A stretch of DNA of 64,000 nucleotides from Flectonema sp. DT1601. Lineage: Eukaryota. The notes under the pieces were generated by a model that was not told the DNA's origin, did no database searches, and saw nothing but the letters and a program-made list of their open reading frames with translations. Below are positions 48,874-62,075 of this stretch, piece after piece. Each line of letters starts with the position of its first letter. Within the stretch, counting starts at the first letter, position 1. The stretch spans positions 372,001-436,000 of the forward strand of contig OZ025800.1 in assembly GCA_964019425.1 (NCBI GenBank). Direction: 5' to 3'. Made by a program: the position numbers and the translations under genes.

Positions 48874-49540
48874 CGGCAGCGGAGAATGAAGAGAGGGAGA
48901 AACAAGAAATATATCAGTAGGTCACAACATCACTCCTATTAATTAATTACAACCTAGCAGAGGTTTCTGTTGATGCATGGCTAATAATAATCACACTAAA
49001 CAAACGATTTTAAGGAACAGGCAGAGAAGCCTTTCTTCTTTAACACGCATCAAAAAGTTTTATTCTTTTTTTTCCACTCCCCGACAGAGACCTGCCTTCC
49101 ACCCGTAACACTAAACTTCACATCACAATTATAGCAACAGAGGCAGCTCGGGAAGACCAGGGGGGGGTCAGGAAGGGGAAGATATAGGGGGTACGTAGGA
49201 ATATAAATACTATGTTATCAATAGGCGTAAATAATATCACTTCACTTTTTTTTTATCTGAATCCGTGACATTGGTTGCGTTCCGGGTCAAAATGCGTTAA
49301 ATTTCCAACTACCATCTTACTTATTTTTTTGCTTTTTTCAAAGAACAAAAAAAAAGGGACGATGTCAATATTAAGAAAAAGATAACTTGTTTGATAGCAA
49401 ACAACCATAAACGGAACTCAAAGTTATGCAACACTTTTAAAGATTACATTTCGTATTGCAGGGAGATTAGGGGAACTTTTGGGTAAGTCAAACACATTTA
49501 ATTATTACTCGTATTTGAAGAAATGATTTGCCGAGTTCTC

Positions 49541-50773
49541 TTAGTTATTCTTTGGGGTCAACAGGTAGAAGCGACTGTCGTGGGAAGTAAGTCCGTTGAT
49601 TACGATCTTTCCAGTGGCATCAGGGGCATCCTTCTGTTCCCAGATGTCACGAACAGCAACAGTTTCAAAAAGACCGACGTCAGAAAGGTCGATCTCAGCA
49701 TTGATGGAGCTTTCATCGTTGCTGAGAACCAAAACAGCCTGAGCACCGTTGGCCTGAACCTTGGCCCAGATCTGGGAATTTCCATTGTCCTTTACAAGTC
49801 TTCCTGGGTGTCCTTCCCAACCCTGGTTTACAGCAATAGCTTCCTTGTTTGAGATAATTGACCAGATTTTGTCAACAGTCGATTCATCATTAACATCATG
49901 ACCTAATACCAGAGGTGATGATACAATACACCAGGCTCCAAAGTGACTTCTGTCTTCGTTAAAGTTTGGCATTCTACCGACTTCCAACATGTCTGGGTAT
50001 GCCCAGGTACCTGGTCTCGAGAGAGGAGGGTTGCCCTGGTACTTTCTAGTGGTCTGAAGGTTTCCGTACATAGACTTCCAGTTGTTTTTGATGTCAGCTG
50101 AAGATCTGAAGAAGTTGTATGGGCAGTCTGATGGCATTCCCAAACCAGTACATGGAGCATCACCAGTTGTCTGTCCAGGAATAGTCTGTCCCCAGTGACA
50201 GTTTTCAATCATAACAGAGCGACCAGTCTCGTTAAGGAGCTGTCCCCACCAAGTTAGGTTACGGAATTCTCCACATCCATCCAACTTAACTCCGTCGAAC
50301 CCGGCAGCAACAATAGCCTTGACTGACTGTTGCATGTGCTTTGCAACGTATGCGGTTTGGTTTACGAACTGAGTTTCCTTACAGATACAGTTGTTCATGT
50401 ACCAACCAATACGAAGACCAAGACCGTGACCAACATCAACCATTCCCTTCATGGATGGAAACGAAGCAGTGTTGATCAATGGGTTACCTTCAGCATCGTG
50501 GAATGATCCATTGACTCCCTTCTTGCATGCCTGCCAGTTGTCGTCAAGGCCAACTGCGACGTATCCGAGATCAGCGTATGAAGTTGGAGTCCCAGCAACT
50601 AATCTCTTTCTCTCAACCATCTTGTGCATGACTCCTTCCATCAGACTTTGGTTCACATTTGCGTGATAACAGTTCCATGATCTCCATCCCATAGGAGGAG
50701 TCAAACCATAACCGTTGTCGATTCCTTCCACCGTGACAACAGCCGCTCCGAGAATGGCAAGTGCGCTACGCAT
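49541..50773 (-). CDS. GH27 alpha-galactosidase, copy 2
   Basis: Same motifs as copy 1. Confidence 0.96.
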   Translation of the reverse strand: MRSALAILGAAVVTVEGIDNGYGLTPPMGWRSWNCYHANVNQSLMEGVMHKMVERKRLVAGTPTSYADLGYVAVGLDDNWQACKKGVNGSFHDAEGNPLINTASFPSMKGMVDVGHGLGLRIGWYMNNCICKETQFVNQTAYVAKHMQQSVKAIVAAGFDGVKLDGCGEFRNLTWWGQLLNETGRSVMIENCHWGQTIPGQTTGDAPCTGLGMPSDCPYNFFRSSADIKNNWKSMYGNLQTTRKYQGNPPLSRPGTWAYPDMLEVGRMPNFNEDRSHFGAWCIVSSPLVLGHDVNDESTVDKIWSIISNKEAIAVNQGWEGHPGRLVKDNGNSQIWAKVQANGAQAVLVLSNDESSINAEIDLSDVGLFETVAVRDIWEQKDAPDATGKIVINGLTSHDSRFYLLTPKNN

Positions 50774-51337
50774 TTTGTTTTATTCTCTTTTGATCTTTGT
50801 TATAACCTTTTTTTTATTTTTAAAAAAAAAATATCGTTAATACCAGAATCACTCACTTTACGTAAACTAGAACCACGTCATTCAATTAAATGTTCCAAAG
50901 AATAATTAGATACACCTGAAGGGCAGCTAATGCAGTACAGGGAAATTCCCGTACACGACACCGCGACATGACATGAAAAAGAGAATGCAGCCACAAATTC
51001 CAGCAAGGCGCACAAAGATGCTGCTGCTAAGTCTACTTTTGCAGTCGCAGTCTTGTGTTCGAGTATGGTGGGCGAATCAAGCTACGCGCCAAATGGTGAA
51101 GCGCAGCGAAGAATGAAAAAAATGAAGAACGGAAGAAACTAGGTATAACGCCATGTCAAATCAACTTAACCAAAAACAAAACACAGGCTTCGGTTGATGC
51201 ATGGTTAATAATAATCACAGCTTAAGGAAAATCCATTTCAGATTAGCCTTATGTTTCGTTGAGCGCAGACAAAATTCTGTCGCACGGGGAAAATAAACCA
51301 TGACCATAAGAAATATCGACTTTCAATCTGAATAGTT

Positions 51338-51589
51338 AGTTAGTATTAATAACTATCAGTCAATCAAAAAAAAAGCAAAATTTCGTAGGACAACAAACAA
51401 GTTGAATAGTTAGTATCATTAATTTTAGAACAGAAAAGTGAGAATAAGAAAAGTGGAGATTAGTAAAAGAAAAGTATTCATTTCTGCAGTTTCCTAACAT
51501 CAAAAGGGTAATAGAATATGTAGTTTCAGACCTTAATCTTATACTACTTGTCCCTTGTTAGGCCTTCATCAGTAAGTTCTAAGGAACTT
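51338..51589 (-). mobile_element. 252-bp hammerhead-bearing retroposon-like insertion with putative GAATAGTT target-site duplication
   Basis: Absent from the homologous first GH27 spacer (48170-48177 has a single GAATAGTT); GAATAGTT at 51330-51337 and 51590-51597; 51407-51589 matches ~39683-39864 and ~41538-41720. Confidence 0.7.
51520..51576 (-). ncRNA. Permuted hammerhead-like ribozyme, variant A copy 3
   Basis: Identical to 39795-39851. Confidence 0.7.
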
Positions 51590-52483
51590 GAATAGTTCTT
51601 AGTTAGCATTAATAATTATCAGTTAGTATCATTATTTGGTTGTTGTTTTCAAAAACACAACAAATGACAAGACAATGTTATTACAAGATAACTTGCTTAA
51701 TGGCAACCAACAATCCAAGGTGTTCTTCTGTTCCCAGATGTCACGAACAGTAACAGTTCTACAAAGACTGACGTCACAATGATCCCAGAGTCGATGGAGC
51801 TGTCATCGTTGCTGAAAACGGCAGCGGAGAATGAAGAGAGGGAGAAACAAGAAACATATCAGTAGGTCACAACATCACTCCTATTAATTAATTACAACCT
51901 AACAGAGGTTTCTGTTGATGCATGGCTAATAATAATCACACTAAACAAACGATTTTAAGGAACAGGCAGAGAAGCCTTTCTTCTTTAACACGCATCAAAA
52001 AAGTTTTTTTTCCTTTTTTTCCACTCCCTGACAGAGACCCGCCTTCCACCCGTAACACTAAACTTCACATCACAATTATAGCAACAGAGGCAGCTCGGGA
52101 AGACCAGGGGGGGGTCAGGAAGGGAAAGATATAGGGGGTACGTAGGAATATAAATACTATGTTATCAATAGGCGTAAACAAAAATAATATCACCTCACTT
52201 TTTTTTTTATCTTAATGAGTGGTTGCGTTCCGGGTCACATGCGTTAAATTTCCAACTATCATCTTACTTATTTTTTGTTTTTTTTCAAAAAAAAAAAAGG
52301 GACGATGTCAATATTAAGAAAAAGATAACTTGTTTGATAGCAAACAACCATAAACGGAACTCAAAGTTATGCAACACTTTTAAAGATTACATTTCGTATT
52401 GCAAGGATATTAGGGGAACTTTTGGGTAAGTCAAACACATTTAATTATTACTCGTATTTGAAGAAATGATTTGCCGAGTTCTC

Positions 52484-53716
52484 TTAGTTATTCTTTGGGG
52501 TCAACAGGTAGAAGCGACTGTCGTGGGAGGTAAGTCCGTTGATTACGATCTTTCCAGTGGCATCAGGGGCATCCTTCTGTTCCCAGATGTCACGAACAGC
52601 AACAGTTTCAAAAAGACCGACGTCAGAAAGGTCGATCTCAGTGTTGATGGATCTTTCATCGTTGCTGAGAACCAAAACAGCCTGGGCACCGTAGGCCTGA
52701 TCCTTGGCCCAGATCTGGGAATTTCCATTGTCCTTCACAAGTCTTCCTGGGTGTCCTTCCCAACCCTGGTTTACAGCAATAGCTTCCTTGTTTGAGATAA
52801 TTGACCAGATTTTGTCAACAGTCGATTCATCATTAACATCATGACCTAATACCAGAGGTGATGATACAATACACCAGGCTCCAAAGTGACTTCTGTCTTC
52901 GTTAAAGTTTGGCATTCTACCGACTTGCAACATGTCTGGGTATGCCCAGGTACCTGGTCTCGAGAGAGGAGGGTTGCCCTGGTACTTTATAGTGGTCTGA
53001 AGGTTTCCGTACATAGACTCCCAGTTGTTTTTGATGTCAGCTGAAGATCTGAAGAAGTTGTATGGGCAGTCTGATGGCATTCCCAAACCAGTACATGGAG
53101 CATCACCAGTTGTCTGTCCAGGAACAGTCTGTCCCCAGTGACAGTTTTCAATCATAACAGAGCGACCAGTCTCGTTAAGGAGCTGTCCCCACCAAGTTAG
53201 GTTACGGAATTCCCCACATCCATCCAACTTAACTCCGTCGAACCCGGCAGCAACAATAGCCTTGACTGACTGTTGCATGTGCTTTGCAACGTATGCGGCT
53301 TGGTTTACGAACTGAGTTTCCTTACAGATACAGTTGTTCATGTACCAACCAATACGAAGACCAAGACCGTGACCAACATCAACCATTCCCCTCATGTATG
53401 GAAACGAAGCAGTGTTGATCAATGGGTTACCTTCAGCATCGTGGAATGATCCATTGACTCCCTTGTTGCATGCCTGCCAGTTGTCGTCAAGGCCAACTGC
53501 GACGTATCCGAGATCAGCGTATGAAGTTGGAAGTCCAGCAACTAATCTCTTTCTCTCAACCATCTTGAGCATGACTCCTTCCATCAGACTTTGGTTCACA
53601 TTTGCGTGATAACAGTTCCCAGATCTCCATCCCATAGGAGGAGTCAAACCATAACCGTTGTCGATTCCTTCCACCGTGACAACAGCCGCTCCGAGAATGG
53701 CAAGTGCGCTACGCAT
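52484..53716 (-). CDS. GH27 alpha-galactosidase, copy 3 (diverged, W33G)
   Basis: Same catalytic motifs with many private substitutions. Confidence 0.93.
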   Translation of the reverse strand: MRSALAILGAAVVTVEGIDNGYGLTPPMGWRSGNCYHANVNQSLMEGVMLKMVERKRLVAGLPTSYADLGYVAVGLDDNWQACNKGVNGSFHDAEGNPLINTASFPYMRGMVDVGHGLGLRIGWYMNNCICKETQFVNQAAYVAKHMQQSVKAIVAAGFDGVKLDGCGEFRNLTWWGQLLNETGRSVMIENCHWGQTVPGQTTGDAPCTGLGMPSDCPYNFFRSSADIKNNWESMYGNLQTTIKYQGNPPLSRPGTWAYPDMLQVGRMPNFNEDRSHFGAWCIVSSPLVLGHDVNDESTVDKIWSIISNKEAIAVNQGWEGHPGRLVKDNGNSQIWAKDQAYGAQAVLVLSNDERSINTEIDLSDVGLFETVAVRDIWEQKDAPDATGKIVINGLTSHDSRFYLLTPKNN

Positions 53717-53998
53717 TTTGTTTTATTCTTTTTTGATCTTTGTTATAACCTTTTTTTTTATTTTTAAAAAGAAATATCGTTAATACCAGAATCACTCACT
53801 TTACGTAAACTAGAATCACGTCATTCAATTAAATGTTCCAAAGAATAATTAGATACACCTGAAGGGCAGCTAATGCAGTACAGGGATATTTCCTTGACAC
53901 AAATACTTTAAACTAATATTGTACACAGATAGGAGTTTACTAATCCGACTTGAGTGTCCGAATAGCACACGACACAAGCAAAGTATAGAAACGTAAAA

Positions 53999-55327
53999 TT
54001 ACATGAAAAGAGAAGACACCAATCCTGTCAAGGCGTACAAAGATGCTGCTGCTAGGACAACCTTCAATAAAATACCTAAGAAGTCAACTTCCCAGGGTGG
54101 AGTAACACCAGTCGCAAAGTTTTGCAGTCGCAGTCTTGTGTTCGAGTATGGTGGATACCAAATACTGCGAAGAATCTCACCAGAAAGAGTTGAGCTTGAA
54201 ATGTGTTGTGAAAAAGTAAAAAAAGTAAAAGATGACCAGGCAGTTGTACGCCTGTCACAAATATCATTTACTGCAACACCTGAGCAAGACAGAAACTTGA
54301 TGTATTGATAATCGTTTGTTGTGAATAAAGATATGTTTTCCGAACCTTCCACGTTGCTTGCCCAGTCCTTTTCAGAGCTCGCAAATAAAGAGACTGAAGG
54401 AATACCCGGAGGTATGGTTCCGTCGTACCCCCGTAAGATAGCAACCCCAACTGAACTGTGATCGTCACATGTCTTGCCACCGATGATTCTGCCGAGTGGT
54501 TTTTGACCATGTTCAGGTTCGCTAAATTTCTTTAAAAACGTTTTAATTTCTGAAAACTGATCAGTATCGACAACCCGATGCTGACCAGACTTGTGCTGAT
54601 CTCTGAAGTCTCCGGTCACCTCACCCATCTCAGCAAACACTCCGTCTAGGGTATCTTCACCAATGCAAAATACTTTACACCGCTGCCTTGTTTTTCTAAC
54701 GTGTAGTAAAATCCTCTTACTAGCTGTATGAAAATCAACTGACGAGTCAATAACTATATCAATGGGATGATTCAGTTCGATTCCTGGTAAGTGTAAAACC
54801 TTAGGCAAGGATTCAGGAAGGGACTTGGTGATGGTTACTTTTGCAGATTTTTGAGGTCGGGAAGCGAACTTGGATATGAATACCGTAAATGGGTCCTCAA
54901 CTGTAGCAACTCTCACAAGGATCTCTTGTGAACCACTCGCAATGGCACCACAGAGAGCAGCAGTGAATTCAAGTAGGGGTCTGGCGATGTTTATTTTATT
55001 AATATTCGAAACGTCAATTCCAACTCTTTGATATCCTCTTCTCGCTTCATCTTCCCACTGAGTAGCAAACAGAAACTGTTTTGGATTGCGACTAGTCTTC
55101 CTAAAGTGACTATTCCAACTGTCTACTTCTTTATATGCTCGGTAAACTTCTCTTTTTGCTGCTTCTAATTGTTGTTCTGCCTGATAAGTATGGAATCCAA
55201 AAAAGTGAATTAACATATCCAGCACTGAGCTCTTCTCTGACTGTAGGATCTCATCAAGGGATCGAAGAAGAGCCCGACGATCCATCATGTCGGACACCAT
55301 TATTTTAGTTTGCCTGATTGGAAACAT
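53999..55327 (-). CDS. Highly divergent fatty-aldehyde dehydrogenase (ALDH3)-like protein with C-terminal membrane anchor
   Basis: ALDH3-like landmarks in order: RALLRSL..IL, LCGAIASG, IEL..PIDIVIDSSVDFHTASKRI, QRC, SGVAVND, SFTFFTFSQ, WYPPY, then a hydrophobic tail. Confidence 0.65.
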   Translation of the reverse strand: MFPIRQTKIMVSDMMDRRALLRSLDEILQSEKSSVLDMLIHFFGFHTYQAEQQLEAAKREVYRAYKEVDSWNSHFRKTSRNPKQFLFATQWEDEARRGYQRVGIDVSNINKINIARPLLEFTAALCGAIASGSQEILVRVATVEDPFTVFISKFASRPQKSAKVTITKSLPESLPKVLHLPGIELNHPIDIVIDSSVDFHTASKRILLHVRKTRQRCKVFCIGEDTLDGVFAEMGEVTGDFRDQHKSGQHRVVDTDQFSEIKTFLKKFSEPEHGQKPLGRIIGGKTCDDHSSVGVAILRGYDGTIPPGIPSVSLFASSEKDWASNVEGSENISLFTTNDYQYIKFLSCSGVAVNDICDRRTTAWSSFTFFTFSQHISSSTLSGEILRSIWYPPYSNTRLRLQNFATGVTPPWEVDFLGILLKVVLAAASLYALTGLVSSLFM

Positions 55328-55840
55328 AATTACGAAAAGCTTACCAATCTCCTAACGATTTCCTGATGGCTCTAATAAACTATTTTTTTTTTTTTTTTTT
55401 TAGTAAAGGCTTTCTTCTTTATTTATTTTTTTATTTTTTTCTTCCTTTTTTTTTTTTTCCTCCCCTCTGTGCCTTTGTCATACCGACACACAGACCCACC
55501 AATCAGATAAAACCCGTCGCTCTGGCTCAAGGTGCACTGCGAAGGATCCCATGGGTGAGATGGGGAGATGCGGGCTAGCATAAACAAGATAAGCAACACA
55601 TAGAAGGGAATGAGGGCTTCAAGCAGAAGGACACCCTCGATAGTCGGTGAGGGTACCCAACCAACGAAGTACTATAAAACTAACAGATTCTTGTGTTTTC
55701 TTTTTAAGGGAACAGAGAAAAGGGATCAAAACCCAAAACATAATAATCTAATTTTGAAGGATAGGGAAGCAGGACAGCTTAAGGGATTATTTTCTCATCG
55801 TACTGGTTAGAGAATGTGAGACTTATTCAGTCCCGCGTGA

Positions 55841-56632
55841 CTACAACTCGTCAAGCTCGGCAAAGATGTCATCCTCTGGGTAGTCTCCAACAGTTACCTT
55901 GTCAGGTGTAGTAAAGCCTCCGTACTTCATTGGACATTCGAAGTAACGTTTTGTCTTCGCAGTTCCGTCGTTCTTACCGACTGGCTCATCAAACTGTACA
56001 CCAACCCAGAAGCCAGGTTTTAGTTCTGGAATCTTTCCAACATATTTGACAGTTGCTTTACGATCTCCAGGGAAAACAAGACAACGGTCACCTGATTTTA
56101 TTTTCGATGCTTCCTCAGCGAACTGCTCTGGATCGATTTCTTTTGGTTCCGCAGGAACGACACCCTCGTCTCTGAGTTTTTGTGCTCTGCGGATTTTCTC
56201 AGCTCTGACCGAGTTGTCACGTTTGTCATAATCCTCCTCAGACATTTCGTACTTCTTAACCAGACTGACATCAGTCCACTGACGGACGTTGTTAACAGCG
56301 TTTGGGTCTAAATCAACAGCGTGAATGGTCCAACCATCTCCTGGAGAGTAATAACCTAATTTTCTACTATCATCCATGTTGTCACAAACTAACTGTCCAT
56401 TCTGATCCTTTAGCTGTAAGATCATTAAATTACTATCAGTTCCAAAATGAGTTTGAATCTTCCACTTCAATTCAGATACAGTGCAGTGTCTATCAAAACG
56501 CTTCTCCATTACACCAGTAGTGTGAACAGAGTGAGTGATGTGTAGAATAACACAGTCATCATTCAAACTTCTGATGGCATCTCCCTGTCTAACTATTCCC
56601 AAATTGTAGGCTGCGGAGTTGCCGGACGACAT
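55841..56632 (-). CDS. TBCB: Tubulin-folding cofactor B (ubiquitin-like + CAP-Gly)
   Basis: Ubl domain (EKRF...LGYYSP), KYEMSEEDYDKRDNSVR linker, CAP-Gly WVGVQFDEPVGKNDG...YFECPMKYGGF, C-terminal DEL. Confidence 0.96.
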   Translation of the reverse strand: MSSGNSAAYNLGIVRQGDAIRSLNDDCVILHITHSVHTTGVMEKRFDRHCTVSELKWKIQTHFGTDSNLMILQLKDQNGQLVCDNMDDSRKLGYYSPGDGWTIHAVDLDPNAVNNVRQWTDVSLVKKYEMSEEDYDKRDNSVRAEKIRRAQKLRDEGVVPAEPKEIDPEQFAEEASKIKSGDRCLVFPGDRKATVKYVGKIPELKPGFWVGVQFDEPVGKNDGTAKTKRYFECPMKYGGFTTPDKVTVGDYPEDDIFAELDEL

Positions 56633-57247
56633 TGTGTTTAATATTCAAGAGCTGAAGGTTTGTTTGTAGAAAGAAAAATTAGAAGTAAATTTTTTTTTTT
56701 TGTAAAATCATCATTTAACACTTGCTAAAGAGACAGTGGCTACAACGACGCTATTCAAATATCCTGACTGAAGGGAGTTAATTGTTTAAACATAACCAAC
56801 AATGATATAAATATATTGTATTGTATCAAAAAGTTTACTAATATAACAATTAGTAATTTATGATACATGTTGACTAAAAGACCGAAAGGAGGGAACTACA
56901 TAATATTTCCAGCAATAAAAAGACATCGAAGGAGGGTAACGATGTCACATATTTATTACTTCCCATGTGGACTCTCTGCTGCTTGAATGTTTGAAACGAG
57001 CAGTACCTTTAAAAGCTAAACAACTTACAAAATACAGAAACTGGTTTTTATTTATTTTTTTATTTTTATTTTTTTTTGTCAGGCGCTTTATTTTAAATTA
57101 ATTATGAATTTGTTCAGGAGAAAGAGGGCTCCTTCCTAGGAAATTGATCAGAGGACGGGGTTAAAGTTCTCTTTCTATACGAACAAATCATGCTCGCCAA
57201 AAAAAAAGAAGAAAAAAAAAAAAAAAAAGGCCATTTTCCATTTCTTC

Positions 57248-57660
57248 CTATAGCAAACGTTGATCAACAGCAGGCAAGTAACGAAGAACTGCTAACGCTT
57301 TACTGTTAACACCGAGTGGTGAATCGGGCTGGATTAGTGTACCTGTGCATAATCTTTTGGGGATTCCAGAAGGACCATTTAAAGTAACCGTCTGTGCGAA
57401 CAGATAAGTTCCGATAGGAACAAATGTCGAACGCATTCCTTCAAAAGCATCAACAATAGACTCAGCTTTAGGAAGTGCTCTCTTTGCTATCGCCAAGACG
57501 GTGCTGCTAATAACAAGTTGAGGAAGTTCCTCAACCAGCGATACTGCGCATTCGCGGCTGAGGGCTAACAAACGTGGAACGATATCAAAATTACCAACAA
57601 CATTTGTTATCTTCGGAATGTCATTTCCAAGCTTTGGCGCCAAACACTTCCTAACTCAGC
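57248..57660 (-). pseudogene. Class-3 lipase-like fragment (pseudogene or orphan exon)
   Basis: (FG)APKLGN...ITNVVGNFDIVPRL...FVPIGTY; FG lies in a different frame from APKLGN; no ATG and no GHSLG motif nearby. Confidence 0.6.
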
Positions 57661-58291
57661 CAACGGGAAAACAGAGCACTTTTCTGTTTCAGAGTTAGAA
57701 CTCCTTGCTACGCAACTTTCTTTTTTTGACGATGAGAAAATAAATAATTTCTCAAAAAAAAAAAAAAAAAAAAAAAGGAAACTTATTAGCTGAACTTGAC
57801 AAAACAAGAAAAGGGAGACTCGAGAAGAATTGTACAGGTGAATTATGATAAAAAGTTCATGGCATAATGCCGCTAGCGATGTATGATACAATAAATCGTG
57901 TTTAACAGAATAAAACAGAAAACAAGACAACACAAAAAACAGTAAGTGCAGTTTGAGACGTCACTCTTTTGACTGTTTGAGCGCCGAAAGAAGAAATAAA
58001 ATGACTAACCTGACTTGGAGTCCTTTCCACCCAAAATTTGTTTTTTTTTTTTTTTTTTTTGTCTTTTTTTTTCGTGTCGAACTGCCGTTCACAGACACTC
58101 TAATTATTTACATCAGGGTAGGAAATAATAAGAAAAACAGAACCTAAAAAACATTAAGCAGGAGACAGGAAGAGCGTCCGCCTAAAGGATCTCCTCACAT
58201 TCATCCCTATTCTCTAATCTTCTTTTCCTAAAAAATGGAAAACAACTAAAATTAGATAATACATAAACACACACGCACGTTTTAACCAAAG

Positions 58292-58322
<31 letters not shown>

Positions 58323-58788
58323 ATTCTGATAAGGCCTATTATTTTATTATCAATAAAATAATAATAAAAAAATAAAAATAAAAATAAAAATAAAAAAGAA
58401 GAAACCACAATTGTTAATCAATTATAGTAATCAAAGCAAACGAAGAACCAGATGACCTCTGACTCATTCAAAAACACGATCAATAAAGACAATATTACTA
58501 AAGTATTTCCTCATCATTGCGTTGCCTTAATCGCAATATGAGAAAGAAGTTCTAAAAGAGACTAAGTATAAGATATTGAGACGAGGGAGAGGGGAATGTG
58601 AAAGTACAAAAACAAACAAAAACTACATATTACAAAAAATTTAAAAAGATTTATTAATTATTATTATTTTTTCTTTTTTTTCCCTCCCACATCCCTTACT
58701 TTATTAATGGAGATCGTCACCATTAGGATTCTTTCAAATAACATTCAATATTTTAAAATAAAAAAATAAAAAAATTTTAAAAAAATAC

Positions 58789-59685
58789 TTAAAACAGTCT
58801 CTTACTGAACGACTCTCTGTTTTTAGATGACCCACGAGAGAACATATGTTTAGCAAGGGGTTTAGTAGTGCCACGTGTCGTGGACGATCCACTTGTGGTC
58901 GTTGCAGCATTCGATGATTTCGGTGATAGAGAAGGAGCTTGTTGAGGAGCTACATAACTGGCAACATCACGAGAAGGAAGAGGTGATAATTCAGAATTAC
59001 GAACTCTTTGCCTTCGAACACAATGGAGAGCGGCACCTGGAGCAGGCCTGGCTATCCTTAATTCAGAAAGGTTTGAAGTATTGCTTTCTGTTTTTCTTAA
59101 CTCCCGTTCTCTATACGACTGAAGTGATTGACTAGTTCTTACTCTGGGAGATCGGAGAACACTCGGAGGGGAAGTTATCGGAGGAGACAACGGATCAACG
59201 TATTCTTTTTCAACACTATACTGAAGACTGTTCTTAGCTGGTGTTGTTTTAATACCCGCAGGTGGAGTAATAACCTCTGTCGGATAAGCTGGTCTAGGAG
59301 GCTCAAATTGTAGATATCTCTCAATACTGTCTGCGCTCCTTCGCAGCAGCTGCCCCTCACGCGCTGTTTCAAAGTGGATTGAAAATTTTTCCTCAGGAAC
59401 TTGTAAAGTATCTTTCTTTATCTTAAGTGGTGTTTCTGGTAACCTCAATTCCTCGACAACATCATTCAAAATACTTCCGACATCCAAACTTTTTGAACTT
59501 GCATCCAATGGGTCTTCTAAGGCGCTGATTGTTGGTGTGCTAGCTCCATAAGCACTTGCTACCCACCCACTGTCTTTAACTCTGATGTAGGAGCATTGTC
59601 CTTCCTCGGTTACCATTATCACCGGAAGACGAATGTCTTCCTCTGCATCGCTATCATCCCACGGGGATGGTTCGTCAGCATTCAT
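58789..59685 (-). CDS. Hypothetical Ser/Pro/Thr-rich protein (298 aa)
   Basis: ATG-initiated ORF with coding-like composition on the gene-bearing strand. Confidence 0.72.
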   Translation of the reverse strand: MNADEPSPWDDSDAEEDIRLPVIMVTEEGQCSYIRVKDSGWVASAYGASTPTISALEDPLDASSKSLDVGSILNDVVEELRLPETPLKIKKDTLQVPEEKFSIHFETAREGQLLRRSADSIERYLQFEPPRPAYPTEVITPPAGIKTTPAKNSLQYSVEKEYVDPLSPPITSPPSVLRSPRVRTSQSLQSYRERELRKTESNTSNLSELRIARPAPGAALHCVRRQRVRNSELSPLPSRDVASYVAPQQAPSLSPKSSNAATTTSGSSTTRGTTKPLAKHMFSRGSSKNRESFSKRLF

Positions 59686-60134
59686 TTGATGATGCTGACT
59701 AGCGCTGTATAAAGATGATTATTATTAATTGTTTTTAGGACAAAATCACATTTTTTTTTTTTTTACGACATCCCCTTACTAACATCACATCTATTGTTAT
59801 CAGCTGCTAGATAAGTATAAGTATCCAACTATTGGGATCTAAATCAAAGGTCATTACTACATTTCTCTTTTTGTTTTTTTTCTTTCCTCAGGTTCATTGT
59901 TTTGGTTTTAAAGTGCTTTTTTTTTTTTTTTTTTCTTTTCTTTTCTTTTTTTCAAAAACCAGTTTTGCCTGAATTCTTTATTTGTGACTCGATTTCTGAC
60001 AGGTATATCCACCTGCCGTAGCCGATTCGATCAAACAAGGAAAGGGAGGTAATGGGAAACAGGAAGACAACTATAACTCAGTGACTGAGATATAAATAAA
60101 AATAGAATGGGAAGCTAAAGAGAAATCAAGTTTT

Positions 60135-61568
<1,434 letters not shown>

Positions 61569-62075
61569 TTATTAGCTGTTGAAAATAATAAATAATCACC
61601 AAATACGGTTTCCCAAACCTGTGCCAAGCAAGTTGAAGGGGCCTGTTTTAGGATACTTGTCCTCGTTTTTTCTTTTTTTTTTCTTCTCTTGCATTTTCTT
61701 CTGTCATGACGAAAATAACAAACAAAAAAAAAAGGGAAAAGGGGGTAATACAGCGTTCTCCATTTCTCACTACAAAATGAAGGGTTTCTTTTTTTTTTTC
61801 TTTCTTTCTTTTTTTTTTTTTTTTTGATTCTTTCTTTGGCATCCCAGAAAAGGGAATGTTTCTTTTTTTTTTTTTTTTTTACATTAAAAACCCTTTGGCA
61901 AAAGAAAAAAAAAAAGAAAAAAAAACATCGTAAGTATATTAAACAAAAGTAGCAGTACAGTTAGTATTTTAGCTATATTAGCGGGGAGTTATCACTAATA
62001 AATAAATAATTAAATCAGATTTCCAGCTAAAGGTTAAGAGAGTTCCTCGGACCATACCTCTTTCCTGTTTTTTAG

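Larger units (their letters stand above)
45703..53886. repeat. Tandem array of three GH27 gene units (periods 3168 and 2943 bp)
   Basis: Genes and flanking spacers are repeated; the spacers differ by indels. Confidence 0.93.
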
